Shown here: piece after piece, positions 36,273 through 44,206 of the stretch
Layout: each line of letters starts with the position of its first letter
Position numbering within the stretch: position 1 is the first letter of the stretch
DNA from: a virus
Lineage: Duplodnaviria; Caudoviricetes
Reading direction: 5' to 3' (one strand)
Virus record (IMG/VR): IMGVR_UViG_3300043478_000058
Coordinates: 1 to 49,188 of that record
DNA: 49,188 nt
The notes under the pieces: model-generated
What the model was told of the DNA's origin: nothing
Seen by the model: only the letters and a program-made list of their open reading frames with translations
Databases searched by the model: none
Position numbers and translations under genes: made by a program

Positions 36273-36796
36273 ACAAAAACCTTCTCCATTTGCTTTTCGT
36301 TGTAACGCTTTAATCCCATAGCGAGAATCATGACGTTGGATTCGTGGTCAGACGTAAATGGTCCAATCTCTATGCCGTCTTGGAGCAATGTGTTAGTCCA
36401 ATCGTCTTGACGCTGGTTAGCAAAGATGACCCTTGCGCGGTCAACAAGCAAGCGGTCTGGTGGGACGTTGCGAATCTTGTTGATGGAGTAAGTAAGAGGT
36501 TCAATCTCTGTTATTGCAATAGCTTGGAGTTCTTGTTCCGCATTAGGCCAATGCTTGCGAAAGCGCGCAACATGGTCCCTAGCGTGTTCCGCTTTCAAGC
36601 GCGGGAAGCGAGTATTTAGAGCGTCCGACAAAGCGGTCTTGGCGCGTTCTAGCAAAGCTTGGTTAATCCAGTTGTTCGCGTACTCGATAGCAAGGCCGGG
36701 TTTGCCCAACACGCGGTCAAGTTCCTCACACGAGGAAAACTCGTTTACGCGTACACCGCGAGGAAGGGAGAGAACCTTTAGCCAGTTTAGGTGCAT
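36269..36796 (-). CDS. Hypothetical protein
   Basis: 175-aa ORF with TAATG coupling to the upstream gene. Confidence 0.55.
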   Translation of the reverse strand: MHLNWLKVLSLPRGVRVNEFSSCEELDRVLGKPGLAIEYANNWINQALLERAKTALSDALNTRFPRLKAEHARDHVARFRKHWPNAEQELQAIAITEIEPLTYSINKIRNVPPDRLLVDRARVIFANQRQDDWTNTLLQDGIEIGPFTSDHESNVMILAMGLKRYNEKQMEKVFV

Positions 36797-37071
36797 TAGT
36801 TGGAAAAGATGATGGTTTCGACAACTCTCTTAGCCTTGCGCGTGGCCCTTGCGGCTTTTGGTTCCTCATGCTTTTTCCAATTCGCCACGTGCCCAATAAC
36901 AAAATCATTGGCGCGTTCGATTACGACAAGGATTCCATTAGTAGCAATCGCCTTGCCCGCAATCATAGCGAGGCCTGTGATAAAGCCCTGTTCGTCCATG
37001 TCTCGCCATTCTGAGCGGGCAGATTGCGAGGGGCCAAAGCCGTACTTGTGAGGATCAAATAGCTTGACCAT
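36796..37071 (-). CDS. Hypothetical protein
   Basis: Preceded by AAGGAG; 91 aa. Confidence 0.55.
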   Translation of the reverse strand: MVKLFDPHKYGFGPSQSARSEWRDMDEQGFITGLAMIAGKAIATNGILVVIERANDFVIGHVANWKKHEEPKAARATRKAKRVVETIIFSN

Positions 37072-37312
37072 ACGCTCCTTCTCTTTTCGCTGCCATTATG
37101 TAGCAAGCGAGAGTGCTTGGTTTTTTGAACCTCTCTGGCCACTCATTCAAAGCGAATTCGAGGCAATCGGTACAGATTCGCGTTTTTTTGTCCTGGTAGA
37201 TTACCCTATGCAACGGCTTGCTGTCTTCGCAGATTTCGCAGTATCCGTGGCATCTTAGCTTTTGGATTTTGTAAGCTTTTGCCATGCAGGAAGGATCGAA
37301 TTGGCTTGCCAT
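37055..37312 (-). CDS. Small Zn-ribbon protein
   Basis: CEIC...CTDC. Confidence 0.5.
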   Translation of the reverse strand: MASQFDPSCMAKAYKIQKLRCHGYCEICEDSKPLHRVIYQDKKTRICTDCLEFALNEWPERFKKPSTLACYIMAAKREGAYGQAI

Positions 37313-37315
37313 TTT

Positions 37316-37498
37316 TTATTCCTCGATTGTGAACTCGATTGCATGGGTTTCGTTGTCTCCGTGAAGCCCCAAAAGCTTCAAGTTGTAAATTCCACCATCG
37401 AATTCTGGTGGAACGCTTATGATTACTTCAGTTTGCAATCCGAGTGGAGATTTCTCGGCTGCTTGCTGCTGCATTAGAGATGCGATAGATTTTGCCAT
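37316..37498 (-). CDS. First gene of the leftward operon, hypothetical
   Basis: 60-aa ORF next to the divergent intergenic region. Confidence 0.45.
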   Translation of the reverse strand: MAKSIASLMQQQAAEKSPLGLQTEVIISVPPEFDGGIYNLKLLGLHGDNETHAIEFTIEE

Positions 37499-37817
37499 GC
37501 AGGGAGGATAGGCGCGGCCTAGAGCCTAGCAAGCCCTAAAAGCGCCTTGCAGCCATATATACTTGCTTGCCATCCGGCCTGCTGGCATGATAGCTGCCAA
37601 AGCTTATCCTATGCCAAGCTTGCGAGCTTGGCCAAAAGAAAAGCATATAAAAACCTTTTCATCGCGAGGCAATTCTGGCATCCTTCTGATTGATGAAGGC
37701 ATCGACGCCTTCCAAAAGCGAAATGGGTAATGCTATATGCGCGTAAAAAATTCGGATGGAAACCTTGGAAACCTGGTGGTCCTGGTAGACCGCCTGTTGA
37801 CCGAAAAAACAAAGCCT
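37499..37817. promoter_or_regulatory. Divergent promoter/control region
   Basis: Strand switch point. It contains a minus-strand TTGCTA-N16-TATCCT six nt before the ATG at 37498, GG-N10-GC motifs at 37583-37617, and the hairpin GCCAAGCT-tgcg-AGCTTGGC at 37613-37632. Confidence 0.55.
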
Positions 37818-38060
37818 ATGGAAATCGAATCGAGCCAAAAAAGTGAACTGTCGGATTTGGACCACCTTATCCAGCATTTGATGGAACAAAAAAACCGGTA
37901 TGGAAATCGCCCGATTGTGGTAGTAACCCATGACGACTCAGGATGGTATGAAGGGGTATCTACCGGGGTTGATGACGAGGAAAATGAGGCTGGCCCGATA
38001 AAGCTTCATTTAGCTTTTACATCACAGATTCCTGGTCGAATGACAGCAAGGGAAGAATAA
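37818..38060 (+). CDS. Hypothetical early protein
   Basis: LIQHLMEQKNRYGNRPIVV resembles the common small phage LI..L......G...V pattern. Confidence 0.5.
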   Translation: MEIESSQKSELSDLDHLIQHLMEQKNRYGNRPIVVVTHDDSGWYEGVSTGVDDEENEAGPIKLHLAFTSQIPGRMTAREE

Positions 38061-38083
38061 ACCACAACAAACAAAAAACCACT

Positions 38084-39115
38084 ATGTCACACAACATCAA
38101 CCGCTACGACCTTCAAGAAGGCGTGGAACAAGCATGGCACGGGCTTACAACCGTGCGCGACCGGATGGACCTCGGCACTTGTTGGTTATCAAAATGGGAT
38201 GTGAAGAGGACTCCGCTCTATACCAACGGCGCGAATCCAACAAAAACTCAATGGGACTGGCTTCGATGTAACGACATCGACCATTTCATCGGCAAGCCAA
38301 TAGGCGCGAGTTATGGTGTGATTACAAACGAAGCCTTTTTGGCACTAGTACGCGCCAGCCTTGCTGGCACGGGCCATAAAATATGGTCAGTCGGTAGCGT
38401 ACGCAATCGCGGGCGGGTTTTCATCACCGTGAAACTCGACCAAGACCACGTGCGAAAGGTTGCCAAGCGCGAGTTTCAGGATTACATAACCTTTGGCAAT
38501 AGCCACGACCAATCGAGCGAGTTGTTTGTGGTAAACACCAATGTATGCACGGTATGTGATAACACCTACAGCATCAATCTCTCAATCGTGCGCGGACAGG
38601 TTGAGAATGGTGATGGTGATATGGAAGACGATTCGGTTGATTGCAGACTTCGGCACTCGAAGCACGCTGTCAGCCGCTTGCCCGCAATCGCCGATATGAT
38701 TGACAAAGCAATCGGCGTACGCGCTGAGTTCTACAAAGCTCTTGAAAGCTTCGCGAGCGTTCCGTGCGACGAGCACAAAGCGCAAGCGTTGTTCACTGGC
38801 TTTGAAGCATCGGACGATGCGAAGGCGGTAGCAACCATGACTCGCAATCGCGTAGGCGAGCTTGTGAGCCTGTTCAAGCACGGGGAAGGGAATCGCGGTG
38901 AAAACATGGCAGATGTGTTCCAAGCGACCACTGATTACTACACCCACAGCCACACTCGCAAAGACCTCTGGAAGCAGTTCGAGTCATCGGAGTATGGTAG
39001 TGGCGCGGCAGCGAAGCGCGACATGTTTGCCACGCTTTCAAGCGAAGCGCGCTTAGAGCGCACGGTGAAGCGCGGCGAGATGTTGATTAAAAACTCAACC
39101 GAGTTCTTTGTCTAG
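38084..39115 (+). CDS. DUF932 family phage/plasmid protein
   Basis: AWHGL, Y.VITNEAF, GSVRNRGRVFI, NSHDQS, VCDNT, RHSK and TDYYTH. Confidence 0.85.
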   Translation: MSHNINRYDLQEGVEQAWHGLTTVRDRMDLGTCWLSKWDVKRTPLYTNGANPTKTQWDWLRCNDIDHFIGKPIGASYGVITNEAFLALVRASLAGTGHKIWSVGSVRNRGRVFITVKLDQDHVRKVAKREFQDYITFGNSHDQSSELFVVNTNVCTVCDNTYSINLSIVRGQVENGDGDMEDDSVDCRLRHSKHAVSRLPAIADMIDKAIGVRAEFYKALESFASVPCDEHKAQALFTGFEASDDAKAVATMTRNRVGELVSLFKHGEGNRGENMADVFQATTDYYTHSHTRKDLWKQFESSEYGSGAAAKRDMFATLSSEARLERTVKRGEMLIKNSTEFFV

Positions 39116-39167
39116 CTAACAATCCACACCACTAAAGCGCGCAAGCTTCGCTTGCCCTATAACCATT

Positions 39168-39608
39168 ATGAGTGCATTAACCACCGTACGCAAATACTTT
39201 CCTCATATTGAGGAAGTCGTCGATGCTACTGAAAGCATCACAATCAACGTCACAAACCGTGATAGCAAGACCAGTACCAAACGCGATCCTTCTAATTGCG
39301 CGCTTGTACACGCCTGCAAGCGCCTACATATTGCTGACGCGGCAATAATTGGAATTGGTTTCTCCTACCTTATCAAGGGCGACATTGCAACACGTTACAA
39401 AACCTCTGTTGGTGTAGGTCGTGAGATTACTACATTCGACCGACATCACAAATTCGCTGCTGGAACCAACTATCGCTTGAGCAAGGTTAGCCCTCAAGCG
39501 CGGCTTGGCTCTACACGCCGTGGCGGTCAAGGCACCAAGCTCAAAGGTGCGCGTCTACCAAAAGCTATCCACCGTACCGCCTTCATTCGCAAGCTACGCG
39601 AAGCATAA
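39168..39608 (+). CDS. Basic hypothetical protein (VT..D......C.L..A..R pattern)
   Basis: ITINVTNRDSKTSTKRDPSNCALVHACKR...ITTFDR. Confidence 0.6.
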   Translation: MSALTTVRKYFPHIEEVVDATESITINVTNRDSKTSTKRDPSNCALVHACKRLHIADAAIIGIGFSYLIKGDIATRYKTSVGVGREITTFDRHHKFAAGTNYRLSKVSPQARLGSTRRGGQGTKLKGARLPKAIHRTAFIRKLREA

Positions 39609-39698
39609 ACACCCTCAAAGCGCGCCCACTCTCAAAATCCTAGGGCGCGACGCTCTCCCAAAGCCCCTCCTTTTCTCTTCCAAAGCTTCCTAGCTTTC

Positions 39699-39870
39699 TC
39701 TTCCACCGCCTTTCACCGTCCGCGAGGGGGGGGGGAGGCTAAGGAGGGGGGGGGGGGACGTAGAGGTTCTGTTTTTCCTAAAAAAAAAATGTTAGTCAAG
39801 CCTAACTCTCTTAGCCTCCCCTAAAGCCTACCCCTCCCTCCCCCCACGGACGGTAAAGGACGGTAGAAGA
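39699..39870. repeat. Large imperfect inverted repeat with G10/G12 tracts and an A10 core
   Basis: Outer arms TCTTCCACCGCCTTTCACCGTCCG and CGGACGGTAAAGGACGGTAGAAGA; inner arms GGGGAGGCTAAG and CTTAGCCTCCCC. Confidence 0.7.
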
Positions 39871-40207
39871 ATAATACCGCAAGCTTTGGCCATGCAAAGC
39901 TTGGATTGATGCTAAGTCATTGATAATCGAAAATGGCCTTGCAATGCCAGGCAATGCTCCAATGGCCCGCCCTTGCGCTGTACGGGCTTGAGGCAAGCTT
40001 TGATGCGCTTGGCCTATATCGCCCTGCCCGCGCTTTCCCATGCGCCTTTGGCTCGATTCAAAAGCTTCACGAGTTAAGCGAGGTATGAAGGCGTGGGCAG
40101 GAATTACTAAAATCGCTATCATTGTCGCTGCAATTGGCCCTAGGCAATCGCCATGCCAAGAGCCGCGCAATCGCGAGGATAAATCTTCATCTTTCATCCG
40201 ATTTATC

Positions 40208-40235
40208 TTGCAATGCCCATTGCTGATGCTATCTT
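40208..40235 (+). promoter_or_regulatory. Candidate sigma70-type promoter
   Basis: TTGCAA-N16-TATCTT with an extended -10 TG, about 50 nt upstream of the ORF at 40287. Confidence 0.35.
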
Positions 40236-40286
40236 GCTCCCGCTGGCGCGATTCCTCCGCATAAAGCGGCCGCAAGCGAAAAAACT

Positions 40287-40589
40287 ATGGCAACGACTGC
40301 AATCCCTGGGCCAAAGCCCGAGAAAATCGAGCGGGCAATCCAGAAGGTAATGGGCCAGCTTAACAAAGACGCCACAAAGCGGGTCTACACCCCTGCTGCC
40401 CATGCCGCGCTTATTACCTACATCGTAAATGAGCATGGCGTGAAAATCCCAGCCGATGTAATCGAGGCATTGCGCCGCGACTTGATGGACTCGGACGTAC
40501 AGTATACCAGCAATATGCGAGCCTATCTCGGCAAGCGCAATCTCATTGCCGAGAAGCCTCAAGCCGATGCCGGTACCTTTGCTCCTTAA
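40287..40589 (+). CDS. Hypothetical early protein (monocistronic)
   Basis: A-rich leader AAAAAACTATG; followed by a terminator. Confidence 0.6.
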   Translation: MATTAIPGPKPEKIERAIQKVMGQLNKDATKRVYTPAAHAALITYIVNEHGVKIPADVIEALRRDLMDSDVQYTSNMRAYLGKRNLIAEKPQADAGTFAP

Positions 40590-40625
40590 TCGCACAACCA
40601 ATTGGGCATAGCTTCCCTTCGAGCC

Positions 40626-40660
40626 GAATCCCCCTTGCATCCGCATCGGGGATTCTTTTT
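40626..40660 (+). terminator. Rho-independent terminator
   Basis: GAATCCCC...GGGGATTC followed by T5. Confidence 0.7.
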
Positions 40661-40756
40661 GTCCCCGTATAAATACGGATTGCAATTGCCATTGGATTTT
40701 GCTAATCTCTTATCGCAATCGGATTGCCCAGTAAGCAATCCAATCGCAATAGTACT

Positions 40757-40951
40757 ATGGCAAAAATCATTCAATACTCATTCCGCTGGCCAGTAAAGCA
40801 GATTGGCCAGCAAGAAATCGAAGTACAAATTCCAATCGACGATGGACCGCCCCCAACCAATCCTGATTTCGCAAAGGCGCATAATCTCTCCGATGGCGAA
40901 ATGGATTCTGCCGATGAAGCGGTAATCCGCGCGATTGCAATCATTCGCTAG
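40757..40951 (+). CDS. Small hypothetical early protein
   Basis: CTATG start context like neighbouring genes; followed by its own terminator. Confidence 0.5.
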   Translation: MAKIIQYSFRWPVKQIGQQEIEVQIPIDDGPPPTNPDFAKAHNLSDGEMDSADEAVIRAIAIIR

Positions 40952-40956
40952 CCCCC

Positions 40957-40987
40957 AAGCCCGATGGCACCCGCTATCGGGCTTTTT
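40957..40987 (+). terminator. Rho-independent terminator
   Basis: AAGCCCGATGGC-accc-GCTATCGGGCTT running into a T tract. Confidence 0.7.
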
Positions 40988-41262
40988 CATCCCCATCATG
41001 TTAGGCGTGGCTAACAATGTCATGGTCGCCGTCCTTCCCGCCCCGATTAAATGGATTTTCAGGGGAGTCCTCGCCCGTGGCTCGGACTAGATTGACTAAG
41101 CCCTCTTTCGGTGAATTTTCATTTTTAAGTTCCAGGCGTCGCACACAGGGTCGATTCGATGGAATAGAAAAGAGCTTGCGAAGCTTGGGGGCCGAAAAGC
41201 TAGCGATTTTATGCGATTTCGCTTGCACGCGGCCGGGGGAGTATGTTACCGCCTCTCAAAGC

Positions 41263-41427
41263 ATGAGCGATGAAGCCAAAGGCGCGGAAGCGCCAGCCAT
41301 AGTGAGCGCGGAGGAGCGGCGTTTGGCCGAAATCCTCCGCGCTCAACCGCTGTCGGATGAGCGTAGTGTGAGGTTGTTTGAGCCTTCTCCTACACAAGAA
41401 GAAATTGCCGCGATGCCAAATGCCTGA
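41263..41427 (+). CDS. Small hypothetical protein
   Basis: MSDEAKGAEAPAIVSAEERRLAEILR; overlaps the start of the next gene. Confidence 0.4.
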   Translation: MSDEAKGAEAPAIVSAEERRLAEILRAQPLSDERSVRLFEPSPTQEEIAAMPNA

Positions 41428-41932
41428 GATCGTCAACATCCCGCGATGCGACTTCCCTGACGCGCTGCATAATGATCCGACGCCGGATGGGGAGGCGTAC
41501 TATGGGCATGATGTACAATGCGAAAAACCTTGGCATCGGCTTGCTATCATGCTTGCCGCGCAAGGGTGCACGGTAACAGAAATCGCGCACAAGCTCGAAC
41601 GCACTATCGCATGGGTTTCGATCCTTCTTCGTCAGGATTGGGCGCGTGAGCGTTTGACTCAGGAAATAATGTCAACGGGAAGGGACGAAATCGAAACCAT
41701 CCTCAAAGGCGCGGGTACAGAAGCCCTACGCCGTGTCATCACGCTATCGCAAAACGCCGAGAGCGAACAGGTTCAACTCGCGGCATCGCGCGAGGTGCTT
41801 GATCGTCTCCTTGGTAAGCCAGTGCAAAAACTTGAAACTAAGCAGGATGTTGTTTTTACCGACGTGACCCAAGCCGACGAGGAGATCAAGAAGCTTGAAT
41901 TCGAGGAGGCGAGGTTGCTTGGACGAAACTAA
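41420..41932 (+). CDS. Putative terminase small subunit (HTH)
   Basis: HTH HRLAIMLAAQGCTVTEIAHKLERTIAWVSILL and the TerS-like SEQVQLAASREVLDRLLGKPVQK. Confidence 0.6.
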   Translation: MPEIVNIPRCDFPDALHNDPTPDGEAYYGHDVQCEKPWHRLAIMLAAQGCTVTEIAHKLERTIAWVSILLRQDWARERLTQEIMSTGRDEIETILKGAGTEALRRVITLSQNAESEQVQLAASREVLDRLLGKPVQKLETKQDVVFTDVTQADEEIKKLEFEEARLLGRN

Positions 41933-41971
41933 CTCGTGTCGCGCAGCGGCGCGGTACAAATCACCAACAAT

Positions 41972-42529
41972 ATGAAGGGTATGAAATCAATCACTGCTGC
42001 AATCATTTTAGCCGCCTTTTCGGCCTTTAGTGCGGACACGAACCTTCCCACCGTTCTAACCACCCTAGGAGAGCCAAAGGCTGGGGTAAAGGGGTCTTAT
42101 CTCTCTGATATTAGTGTGTCGCCGTATGGCACAGTGGCGTTTGACCGTTTTGATGGTAAAGCGCGGACTGGCGCGGGCGCGGAGCTTTCTATTGGCGCAT
42201 CGCGAACGGTCTCGCTCGTCGTTTTTGGAGAGAGCGATAACGTGGACCACTTCTTCGACCGTGCTGGCCTTGGTCTTCGTGTTACTGGCAGTCTCGGTCC
42301 GCGCTTTCATCCCTTCGCTGGGTTGTTAGGAGGTTACGTGTTTGATTCCGTGTCGACTGAAGCATCTGAACCGTGGTTTCTTCGACGACAATTCGGCTTA
42401 GGGATTGATCTCGTGCGCTACGAAGGTTGGCTCGTTCAACTAAAAGCCTCTTGGGGCCTTGACGTTACCACGGATGGTAACTCTCAGCAGCGTCTCACAG
42501 GCTTTTTGACCCTTGGCAAATCGTTTTAA
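41972..42529 (+). CDS. Outer-membrane beta-barrel protein
   Basis: Signal peptide ...IILAAFSAFSA, alternating amphipathic strands (AGAELSIG, AGLGLRVTG, PFAGLLGGYVF, FGLGIDL) and a C-terminal Phe (LTLGKSF). Confidence 0.7.
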   Translation: MKGMKSITAAIILAAFSAFSADTNLPTVLTTLGEPKAGVKGSYLSDISVSPYGTVAFDRFDGKARTGAGAELSIGASRTVSLVVFGESDNVDHFFDRAGLGLRVTGSLGPRFHPFAGLLGGYVFDSVSTEASEPWFLRRQFGLGIDLVRYEGWLVQLKASWGLDVTTDGNSQQRLTGFLTLGKSF

Positions 42530-42675
42530 TGACCGTTATCGTCAAAACTCCCTTCCCGTGCCGTGACAAAACGCCGCGCGCAGGGTTTCGTAAGATCGAC
42601 GGTGCTCCGTCTCTCTATCGCGCGCGTTGTTGGCCCTACAAGGGCCGACGGACCCTCATCAAACGCTACTCCTAA
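42529..42675 (+). CDS. Small basic protein (48 aa, not in the ORF track)
   Basis: TAATG coupling at both ends; MTVIVKTPFPCRDK...RCWPYKGRRTLIKRYS. Confidence 0.5.
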   Translation: MTVIVKTPFPCRDKTPRAGFRKIDGAPSLYRARCWPYKGRRTLIKRYS

Positions 42676-42827
42676 TGACTGTTGTTAACGACATCACCCT
42701 TTCGTTCAATGACGAGACGTCGATCCTAACCGTCACCATAACTAAAACCGACATCTTCTCTGGCGCGGGAGGTTTCACTGCTCCCGCACCTCCCGTGGAA
42801 ACAACCGTCGAAATCGACCTCTCTTGA
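42675..42827 (+). CDS. Small beta-rich protein, paralogous to the N-terminus of the next gene
   Basis: MTVVNDITLSFNDETSILTVTITK...; TAATG coupling. Confidence 0.5.
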   Translation: MTVVNDITLSFNDETSILTVTITKTDIFSGAGGFTAPAPPVETTVEIDLS

Positions 42828-43663
42828 ACGTTCTCACCAACATAACGTTTGGCATCGACGAGGACAAGCTCTTAACCGTCACAAAATCCAAGCGCGAGCT
42901 TCACGGGCGCTCTGGCGGGAATTATGTTTCATCTCCTATTGACGTCGTCACCGAAGAAGAAGTCCAACTTGAAGCAGTATCGCCTCCCTTCACTCCTCCA
43001 GCACCAACCGAACTAAAACTTTGGCTTAAACCTGAAGGCTTGGTTGGTTTCCTAAATAACGACAAGGTCACCCTATGGCCCGACTCTAGCGGCAATGGCA
43101 AGGATTTTCAGCCTGTTGTTGGTGGCCAAGGCGCACTTTACAAGACCAACCAAATCAATTCCTTGCCCGCAGTCAGCTTCGACGGAACATCCAATTCGCA
43201 AATGGCATGTGTATCAGCCACACCAATTCCTGGGGTGGCTTTTGCAATGTTCGTGGTCCTAAAATTCAACTCCGGTACCGGCAGAGAATGGGTTTACAAG
43301 AACGGTGAGGGTACGGGATACAGCTTAGCTAAGTGGGACGATAATCGCATCGTTTTTAATAACTCTGGTGTGTTCGTAACTGATGATACTTGCGTCGCAA
43401 CCGTTGAACTCTGGAGCGTGGTCAGAACAACCGGACCTGACTTAGTCAGAATGTGGGTTAATGAGACTGAACAGACAATTACCAATGCTAGCGATCCTTT
43501 TAGTGCTGCTGGCGCGGGTGAGGGCCAAAAACTTGGTGCCTATCTCCTTAACACCTACCTACTTGATGGACTCATTGCTGAGGTGATGGTATGGGACACT
43601 GCTCTTTCTGAGCTAGAAATAGAGCAAGTGCAGACTTACCTTCTAGCAAAGTACAGTCTATGA
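42824..43663 (+). CDS. LamG/concanavalin-like domain protein (probable virion accessory)
   Basis: LKLWLK...V..WPDSSGNG...INSLPAVSFDG...G.IAEVMVWDTALS..E...VQTYL..KY. Confidence 0.75.
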   Translation: MNVLTNITFGIDEDKLLTVTKSKRELHGRSGGNYVSSPIDVVTEEEVQLEAVSPPFTPPAPTELKLWLKPEGLVGFLNNDKVTLWPDSSGNGKDFQPVVGGQGALYKTNQINSLPAVSFDGTSNSQMACVSATPIPGVAFAMFVVLKFNSGTGREWVYKNGEGTGYSLAKWDDNRIVFNNSGVFVTDDTCVATVELWSVVRTTGPDLVRMWVNETEQTITNASDPFSAAGAGEGQKLGAYLLNTYLLDGLIAEVMVWDTALSELEIEQVQTYLLAKYSL

Positions 43664-44004
43664 AACCCAATCTTTGGGAAAGAGTTTTCGGTCGCAGTAA
43701 ACACAACCAAATCCTCGACCTCCTGAAAGAGGTCAATGAAAGAACAAAACGTATGGCTGATACACTGGAACAACTCGAAGGCAAACTCACAGCTATTGAT
43801 ACTGGCCTCGAAGACGTTGGAAGCAAGCTCAACGAGGGCTTTAACGAAGTAACAGCTCTCATTCAACAGCTTCGTGACCAACTCAACACCGTGCAACTCC
43901 CTGCTGGCGCGCAAGCAAAGCTCGACGCGATTACGTCGAAAACCGCCGCGCTTCAAGCCGTTGCAAAAACCCTCGCTGACATCGTACCAAACGCGGAGCC
44001 ATAA
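43660..44004 (+). CDS. Coiled-coil protein
   Basis: Heptad-rich; ATGA coupled. Confidence 0.6.
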   Translation: MKPNLWERVFGRSKHNQILDLLKEVNERTKRMADTLEQLEGKLTAIDTGLEDVGSKLNEGFNEVTALIQQLRDQLNTVQLPAGAQAKLDAITSKTAALQAVAKTLADIVPNAEP

Positions 44005-44005
44005 C

Positions 44006-44179
44006 ATGCCCGGCATCGTTGGCACGCTCCACGAGTTCAAGCACGGCTCACTCCACAGCGGGTCCAAAGCCGGCCCCGTTGTCAAGAACCGCAAACAAGC
44101 CATCGCGATTGGCCTATCGGAAGAACGCCGCATGGGCCATCGCGTTGCTGGAATGGTGAAGAAAAAGGGTAAGCCATAG
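44006..44179 (+). CDS. DUF6496-like small basic protein
   Basis: HEFKHGSLHSGS...VKNRKQAIAIGLSE.RR.G. Confidence 0.7.
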   Translation: MPGIVGTLHEFKHGSLHSGSKAGPVVKNRKQAIAIGLSEERRMGHRVAGMVKKKGKP

Positions 44180-44206
44180 GATTCATTCCCCAAATCCTCA
44201 AGCAAT

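Noticed and set aside
39811-40275. 154-aa minus-strand ORF and 74-aa plus-strand ORF across the non-coding gap
   Set aside because: They have atypical composition, lie over palindromic regulatory-looking DNA and show no recognisable motif.
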